Below, one piece after another: positions 24,138 to 29,574 of a stretch of DNA of 29,574 bases. Where the stretch lies: positions 1-29,574 of the IMG/VR virus record IMGVR_UViG_3300038321_000170. One strand, given 5' to 3'. A program made the position numbers and the translations under genes. The stretch is from a virus (taxonomy: Duplodnaviria; Caudoviricetes). How positions within the stretch are numbered: position 1 is the first letter of the stretch; every line of letters starts with the position of its first letter. The notes beneath the pieces were generated by a model that saw only the letters and a list, made by a program, of their open reading frames with translations, was not told the origin of the DNA and did not search any database.

Positions 24138-26087
24138 ATGGACAATTTTGAAATTGACAAAATAACGCCAGACGAAGCGACTTCCGAAAACATCTTCAGC
24201 GATGCGGTCTTCAATTATCTTTTCGGGCTGGATGACGTTAGCAGAGAACGCGAATACATCGCGTTTTGTGGAAAAGCCGAAAAACTTAGAAAAAAAACAG
24301 AGTTCATAAAGTTGTATAAACTTTTTGATAAGCAATACAAAAAAGCGGAACGCGACAGACAGGAGAGGATTCTTGAAGAAACTGGAGAGATTGAGGACCG
24401 CGGGCAGTTACAACACTTTTTTGGCAAAGAAAAGCCAAAGTACACGCCGCTCTATTGCGGGGCCGGTTGGAAGACAAGCCAAAACGGGATTTTTTTATCG
24501 ACGGCCAATGGGTTCCAACGGATCTGCCATCAGCCGGTTACGATTTTAAGTTTTTTTAAGAATGCCGAAACCGGGGAGGAAAAAGTCCGGATCGCATTTG
24601 CCAGACGAAAAAACCAGTGGGTCGAGATAACGCCCAACCGGAGCGTCATCGCCAGCAACGCCAAAATCGTTGGTCTGGCGGATACCGGTCTGGCGGTTAA
24701 CACAAACAATGCGAGAGAGTTTGTCAAATATTTCGCTGATCTGGAATCAAATAACACTAGCACAATTCAGACAAAGGTGTCGACGTCAAAACTCGGATGG
24801 ATAAAAAGTGGCGACGTCATGCAATTCGTCCCGTACGACACGAGCATAACGTTTGACGGAGCTGAAAAATTTAGAAATCTGTTCGCCAGCATTTCGGAAC
24901 ATGGCGACAAAGAAGCATGGGTCGAAAAAATAAAGACTATTCGGTCGGGCCGGATCGAACCGCGGATCGCGCTGGCCGCGTCCTTTTCGAGCGTGCTACT
25001 GTCGGTTTGCAATTTGCTCCCATATGTGCTCAATATCCACGGCCAAACCGAAGGTGGAAAAACAGTAACGCTCATGATGGCTGCTAGCGTCTGGGGCAAC
25101 CCGGACAAGGACGGAGGATACCTTGGAGACTTTTCGACAACGACCGTCGCGATCGAGACGAGAGCAGATACGGATAACAATTTGCCGTTGTTTTTGGACG
25201 ATAGTTCAAAAGTGTCCAAAAGAATCCAAGAAAACATGGACGAATTGGTCTACACGCTGTGTTCCGGGACTGGGAAGGATCGATCGAACCAAGACCTTGG
25301 ACTACGGCGGACAAACAATTGGACAAACTGCACGATTACGAACGGTGAACATCCGCTCGTTACGGACCAAGCGCCAGGTGGGGCAATCAACCGGGTACTT
25401 GAAGTTGAGTGCGATCCGGGCAAGCTGTTTGAGGATGGGCACGAAGCGGCCGAATTCTTCAAAGAAAATTATGGTTTCGGCGGAAGGATTTTTGTTGATG
25501 AACTCAAGAAAATCGGAAAAAAAGAATTAAAATTCCAGCAAGATTATTTTTTTAAAAAGCTGGTATCGGAGAATCCGGATGCCTTACAAAAGCAATGCCA
25601 TTCATGGAGCGCGATTATTCTAGCTGATCAAATTATGGATGCTACCGTTTTTCATGATGGCGCATCGCTGACAACCGAAGAAATTGCTCCGTATATAAAA
25701 AACACGACGGATGTTTCGGAAAACGAAAAATGTCTTGAATATCTGTACGAAAAAGTAGCGGCCAATGAAAACCGATTCGTAAAAGCCAATAACAAATTTG
25801 CAGAAACGCCACTGGAAGTCTGGGGGCGGATCGATACGGACGAGAATGGCCCGGCTGATAACATGGTCTACATTATAAAAAATGTTTTTGAAAAACTGTG
25901 CAAGGATGGCAACTTCTCAGCTCAAGCGTTTACTGCATGGGCAAAATTGCACGATAAAATTGTATGCAGCCCGGACAGACCGTACAAGCGCAAGCGGATA
26001 AACGGAAACGGATCGTCCAAACCGGTCTGGGCTTTGGCTCTTAAATATTCGGATCCGTTAGACGATTTTGAGGAAATTGTTGACTAA
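24138..26087 (+). CDS. DUF927-domain replication helicase/initiator (Cch-like ATPase)
   Basis: ICHQPV...ETGEEKVRIAF, SKLGW, Walker A GQTEGGKT, ASVWGNP, LPLFLDD, GGAINRVLE; SD GGAGG before ATG 24138. Confidence 0.85.
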   Translation: MDNFEIDKITPDEATSENIFSDAVFNYLFGLDDVSREREYIAFCGKAEKLRKKTEFIKLYKLFDKQYKKAERDRQERILEETGEIEDRGQLQHFFGKEKPKYTPLYCGAGWKTSQNGIFLSTANGFQRICHQPVTILSFFKNAETGEEKVRIAFARRKNQWVEITPNRSVIASNAKIVGLADTGLAVNTNNAREFVKYFADLESNNTSTIQTKVSTSKLGWIKSGDVMQFVPYDTSITFDGAEKFRNLFASISEHGDKEAWVEKIKTIRSGRIEPRIALAASFSSVLLSVCNLLPYVLNIHGQTEGGKTVTLMMAASVWGNPDKDGGYLGDFSTTTVAIETRADTDNNLPLFLDDSSKVSKRIQENMDELVYTLCSGTGKDRSNQDLGLRRTNNWTNCTITNGEHPLVTDQAPGGAINRVLEVECDPGKLFEDGHEAAEFFKENYGFGGRIFVDELKKIGKKELKFQQDYFFKKLVSENPDALQKQCHSWSAIILADQIMDATVFHDGASLTTEEIAPYIKNTTDVSENEKCLEYLYEKVAANENRFVKANNKFAETPLEVWGRIDTDENGPADNMVYIIKNVFEKLCKDGNFSAQAFTAWAKLHDKIVCSPDRPYKRKRINGNGSSKPVWALALKYSDPLDDFEEIVD

Positions 26088-26118
26088 AATATATAAATTT
26101 GTTGACAACTTTTGGAAA

Positions 26119-26436
26119 TGTCCCAAGATTCTGCCCAATTGTCCCAATTTGTCCCAAAGCTTTGGGACACTTTTTAAGCCCGCAAACCCGCATTAACAGT
26201 GAGTTTGAGAACATTTAAAAATAAATGTCCCAATGTCCCATGTTTTCGCGAGGGGACATATATATACGTAAAAATAAAAAAATAATTAAATTATCAAAAA
26301 ATAATATTTTTGCCTATATAGAAAGCTGTTTTTTATTGGGACATTGGGACATCTTAAAAATAACGGCTGTAACCCGCATGGTTAAGCCATTTAAAATGTC
26401 CCAATCATTTGGGACACGTTGGGACATTATGGGACA
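26119..26436. repeat. Iteron cluster, probable replication origin
   Basis: Six TGTCCCA and six TGGGACA around an AT-rich core, directly after the helicase gene. Confidence 0.8.
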
Positions 26437-26484
26437 TTTTAAATAATTAATAATTAAATATTTAAAATGTGAAAGGACGATAAT

Positions 26485-26931
26485 TTGAATAAACCTTCAT
26501 GTATTAACAGAGGACCGTATTTGTGCAATAACGAAAAGTGCAGGACGTGTGGACATTTGGTTGTTATCTCAACAAGGTCTACAATGCTGTGTAATTACAT
26601 TCTTGACACTGGACACTCCAGAGGGTGCGACGTTGAGAACTGCGACAAGTATATACCAACACGCGAAAAGCGAACATTCCCAAAGATCCCTGTCAAAAAG
26701 TTTGCGGTCATCGATAAGGATGTAGCGAAGAGCCTCAAGCGAGCGCGAGTCGAACAAAAAATATCCATAAAGACGATGAGCGTTAAAACGAAGATAAGCG
26801 ATTCGAAGTACAGACGATACGAAAACGGAGAAATCGGAATCCCGACAGATCGAGCTGTCAAGATGGCGGATATTTTGGGACTAGACGAAATACGAGATTT
26901 CTATAAAGAGCAGACAAGGGTGGGAATATAA
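26485..26931 (+). CDS. Cys-rich N-terminus fused to XRE-family HTH
   Basis: CRTCGH...CNYILDTGHSRGC...CDKY; LKRARVEQKIS...YRRYENGEIGIP....KMADILG. Confidence 0.8.
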   Translation: MNKPSCINRGPYLCNNEKCRTCGHLVVISTRSTMLCNYILDTGHSRGCDVENCDKYIPTREKRTFPKIPVKKFAVIDKDVAKSLKRARVEQKISIKTMSVKTKISDSKYRRYENGEIGIPTDRAVKMADILGLDEIRDFYKEQTRVGI

Positions 26932-26932
26932 A

Positions 26933-27073
26933 ATGACAAACGCACAAGCAATCGGAAGACTTAAAGAAATGTTGGACGCCAATATGGATTCCGAAGAAGC
27001 GGCGGTAATGCTTACCGAACAGGCGTTGTCTCGGACGGCGTCCGAAAGGAGCATTAACAGACATGAGATCTAA
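26933..27073 (+). CDS. Small hypothetical protein (46 aa), not in ORF track
   Basis: MTNAQAIGRLKEMLD...; fills gap between neighbours. Confidence 0.5.
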   Translation: MTNAQAIGRLKEMLDANMDSEEAAVMLTEQALSRTASERSINRHEI

Positions 27074-27473
27074 CGACTATCTAACAGACAAGCAAGTGGC
27101 AGAGCAGCGCCTCGACCGACTGCAGCGAAAACGTGAACGCATTCTGCGCAATGCTGGGCCATCGGGATTGGGGAGCGGGACGTCTTACACCGATTACGAC
27201 AACATCCACGGATCGTCTGGCCAGTGCGCCGAAACGGTGTTGGAAGAGCTCCTGAATGTCAACTATGATATTTCAGAAGCTCAGGCAGAGTTGTCAGACA
27301 TTAACCGATGTCTGACCGACATCTTTGATATTGTTCTGGTAGCAAACTCCAGCAAAACAAAGGTCAGATATCTTCGCGATACGGTTGGCATGCCGCTTAA
27401 AGATATCGCCATGGAAATCGGGCTGTCTTACCAGAGGGTAAAAACAATATCAGCTGAACTCAATAAGCCTTAA
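27063..27473 (+). CDS. Late transcriptional activator (RinA/ArpU-like)
   Basis: C-terminal HTH (YLRDTVGMPLKDIAMEIGLSYQRVK); position just before packaging genes. Confidence 0.75.
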   Translation: MRSNDYLTDKQVAEQRLDRLQRKRERILRNAGPSGLGSGTSYTDYDNIHGSSGQCAETVLEELLNVNYDISEAQAELSDINRCLTDIFDIVLVANSSKTKVRYLRDTVGMPLKDIAMEIGLSYQRVKTISAELNKP

Positions 27474-27502
27474 GAATTCACCGACGATACTCAAAAATAT
27501 AC

Positions 27503-27531
27503 TTGACTTTTTAATAATACAATGATATTAT
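27503..27531 (+). promoter_or_regulatory. Promoter with extended -10
   Basis: TTGACT-17 nt-TATTAT, TG at 27523-27524. Confidence 0.6.
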
Positions 27532-27606
27532 ATATATTGGATAATTAGATAAAGTACAATCTAATAATCTAAACTTAGCAAGGCAGATGGAAAATGGAGG
27601 ATAAGG

Positions 27607-27750
27607 ATGAACAATGAAGAAGCTATCCGAATCATAAATCGAATTATCGACCATGAGATAGTTACTGGCAATTGGAGCAAGATTGAAGCACTGGAGGATG
27701 CATTAAGAGCATTGGAATTTGAGACCGGCACAAACGCTGTGACCAAGTGA
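27607..27750 (+). CDS. Small hypothetical protein (47 aa), not in ORF track
   Basis: SD GGAGG; MNNEEAIRIINRIIDHE...EALEDALRALE. Confidence 0.6.
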   Translation: MNNEEAIRIINRIIDHEIVTGNWSKIEALEDALRALEFETGTNAVTK

Positions 27751-27844
27751 CATTACTTTGTGAGATAATATAAGTGTGGAAGTTAAGATAAATCCTCATT
27801 CACTTTGATATAAAATCTAAAAAGTAGAACGAATAATTAACACG

Positions 27845-27868
27845 AGGCATCCGAAAGGGTGTCTTTTT
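27845..27868 (+). terminator. Hairpin plus U tract before HNH
   Basis: AGGCATCC-GAAA-GGGTGTCT-TTTT. Confidence 0.6.
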
Positions 27869-27883
27869 ATATGGAGTGATCGA

Positions 27884-28243
27884 ATGAATTACAACACAAG
27901 ACCAGATAAGAAAGGGGCACACCGCGCTAATTACGAAAGGAATAAGAAACGTATACTAGCGACCCAAAATATATGTGGCATATGCGGTAAGCCTGTAGAC
28001 ATGAGTTTAAAGTACCCTCATCCCATGAGTGCTACAATAGACCACATCATACCTGTAAATGGAAAGAATGGAATTAGCGGGCATCCATCAGATTTGTCTA
28101 ATCTCCAGCTGGCCCATCTTTCTTGTAATCGTCAGAAGTCAGATAAGATATTTAAAGAGAAAAAAATATTTGAACCAATTGTATTGGGCAATAGGAATTT
28201 ACCACAAAGCATTAACTGGGCAACATATAGAGCAGAAAAATAA
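27884..28243 (+). CDS. Packaging-associated HNH endonuclease
   Basis: CGICG...IDHIIP...NLQLAHLSCNRQKSDK. Confidence 0.9.
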   Translation: MNYNTRPDKKGAHRANYERNKKRILATQNICGICGKPVDMSLKYPHPMSATIDHIIPVNGKNGISGHPSDLSNLQLAHLSCNRQKSDKIFKEKKIFEPIVLGNRNLPQSINWATYRAEK

Positions 28244-28248
28244 GCCTG

Positions 28249-28413
28249 CTATTTAGCAGACTTATCATACTCCTTTAATACCAACTCAATACCTCTATCG
28301 AGTAACTTAGACATTGGTATCATTGTATCTTTAGATAGTTGTTTCAATTGTTCAAATAAAACTGTATCGACTGCATTGGATATTGGAGTTCTATTCCTTA
28401 GACCTCTACTCAT
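28249..28413 (-). CDS. Ribbon-helix-helix protein (54 aa), not in ORF track
   Basis: SD GGAGGT; MSRGLRNRTPISNAVDTVLFEQLKQLSKDTMIPMSKLLDRGIELVLKEYDKSAK. Confidence 0.85.
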   Translation of the reverse strand: MSRGLRNRTPISNAVDTVLFEQLKQLSKDTMIPMSKLLDRGIELVLKEYDKSAK

Positions 28414-28432
28414 ATCTATCACCTCCAAGATT

Positions 28433-28484
28433 ATTATAACTTATAATGCTTATACTTGCAACTACAAGTAGTAGATGATATAAT
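28433..28484. promoter_or_regulatory. Bidirectional promoter sharing one palindromic -35 box
   Basis: ATTATA(28433-38)-17 nt-TTGCAA(28456-61)-17 nt-TATAAT(28479-84). Confidence 0.75.
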
Positions 28485-28504
28485 ATAAGTAGAAGTGTAA
28501 AGGG

Positions 28505-29482
28505 GTGGAGATTTTGGAAGAATATAAAATAATACCTGTAGGAAGAGCTAAGAACATCATAGGCGAAAGGTTTGGTAGATTAGTAATAGTGGCAAGAACA
28601 GAAAATAGCAACAATGACGTATGGTGGTTGTGTAAATGCGATTGTGGAAACATGAAAGTAGCAAGGACAACTTCTTTAAGGTCTGGAGATGTAGTCTCTT
28701 GTGGTTGCAGAAGAGCCGAACTAAATACTCCGCACGATATCAAAGGTCAAAAGTTCGGAAGATTAACAGCTATTGAATTAACAGATAGACGTAGTCCAAG
28801 TGGAGATGCTTATTGGAAATGTAAGTGTGAATGCGGGAGTGTAATAGAAGTTAAAAAGAGCAGTTTAAGTGGTGGCCATAGTAAATCGTGTGGGTGCATA
28901 AATAGAGAATTGACAAGCAGAAGACAAAGCGAGAGCGGTTATGACTTAACTGGAAAAAGATTTGGAAGATTGAAAGTAATTAAGCCTATCGGGAAGAGAG
29001 AAGGACAAGGCAGAGTTTGGTTGTGCGAATGCGATTGCGGTAATGTCATAGAAACGGTAGCATCCTCTTTGGTTAGAGGTAGGGCGACATCATGCAGTTG
29101 TAAAGCGGTAGAACACGTTACCCAATTAGGTTTAAGTAATAAAGGTAAAAACAACCCTGCATACAATCACGAGCTAACAGATGAACAGAGAAATAAAAAT
29201 AGATTTCAAAGAGGTTCTGATGAAGCAAAGAAAATAAGAAGAAAGACATACAAGAGAGATGGTTACAAATGTAACATCTGCGGTAAAGGAAGCAGAAATC
29301 TAAATGCTCATCACTTAGATAGTTTCGTAGATAATGAAGATAAGAGATTTAATCTTGATAACTTAGTTACATTATGCAAAGAGTGCCATATAGACTTTCA
29401 TAAAACATATGGATATGGTAACAACACTAAAGAACAATTCAAAGAGTTTAAAGAGTTTAAAGAAATTAAAAATATAATATAA
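28505..29482 (+). CDS. Free-standing HNH homing-endonuclease-like protein with three Zn-binding repeats
   Basis: Three G.(R/K)FGRL...W.C.C(D/E)CG...L..G...SC.C repeats then RDGYKCNICG...AHH...NLVTLCKECH..FH. Confidence 0.85.
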   Translation: MEILEEYKIIPVGRAKNIIGERFGRLVIVARTENSNNDVWWLCKCDCGNMKVARTTSLRSGDVVSCGCRRAELNTPHDIKGQKFGRLTAIELTDRRSPSGDAYWKCKCECGSVIEVKKSSLSGGHSKSCGCINRELTSRRQSESGYDLTGKRFGRLKVIKPIGKREGQGRVWLCECDCGNVIETVASSLVRGRATSCSCKAVEHVTQLGLSNKGKNNPAYNHELTDEQRNKNRFQRGSDEAKKIRRKTYKRDGYKCNICGKGSRNLNAHHLDSFVDNEDKRFNLDNLVTLCKECHIDFHKTYGYGNNTKEQFKEFKEFKEIKNII

Positions 29483-29493
29483 ATAACAATAAT

Positions 29494-29523
29494 AAATCCT
29501 ACTTAACTATGAGTGGGATTTTA
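29494..29523 (+). terminator. Probable terminator
   Basis: AAATCCTACTT-AACTAT-GAGTGGGATTT followed by T/A. Confidence 0.6.
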
Positions 29524-29574
29524 TGCTATAGAGAAAAATGTAATAGGAGATTAAAATACGCGTAAAGGGCCACA

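Noticed and set aside
287-25864. The many minus-strand and nested ORFs in the track
   Set aside because: They overlap well-supported plus-strand genes and show no recognisable motifs or RBS
26225-26446. 73-aa ORF in the ORF track
   Set aside because: Lies wholly in the iteron cluster; its repeated WD/SQ residues simply reflect the heptamers
26485-26931. CI-like immunity repressor
   Set aside because: HTH is C-terminal, no S24 peptidase domain, co-oriented within the replication operon and no divergent cro
1-29574. Alternative genetic code or tRNA genes
   Set aside because: Core genes are full length in the standard code with all three stops used; no cloverleaf recognised in intergenic gaps

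Overview
The window looks like an essentially complete ~29.6-kb siphophage genome from a low-GC Gram-positive host, probably Clostridia-like (inferred from SD motifs, ChW repeats in the endolysin and a clostridial-type CRISPR repeat). It is opened between the HNH genes and the small terminase. Nearly all genes are on the + strand. Order: packaging/head module with r1t-like gene order (106-5921), tail module with a G/T -1 frameshift (5914-13525), a chimeric receptor-binding/depolymerase gene flanked by duplicated holin starts (14306-16908), lysis genes (16897-18508), an early accessory island (18515-20363), small early genes, a Gp157/Sak4/SSB/ERCC4/ZnF/DUF927 replication module followed by a dyad-symmetric iteron origin (21504-26436), late regulator, packaging HNH, and a divergent RHH/HNH cassette. 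No integrase or CI/Cro switch is visible. The standout is the early island. It holds a ~175-nt ORF-free unit carrying a solitary 30-nt repeat resembling clostridial type I-B CRISPR repeats, two near-identical consensus promoters, a very acidic ART-like protein, a stand-alone 115-aa homologue of the Cas8b (Csh1) C-terminus/Cas11b, and an HTH protein. Together these suggest a combined RNA + protein Cascade-mimicry (anti-CRISPR or Cascade-hijacking) locus aimed at type I-B. All family calls are from motif recognition by eye; no searches were run.
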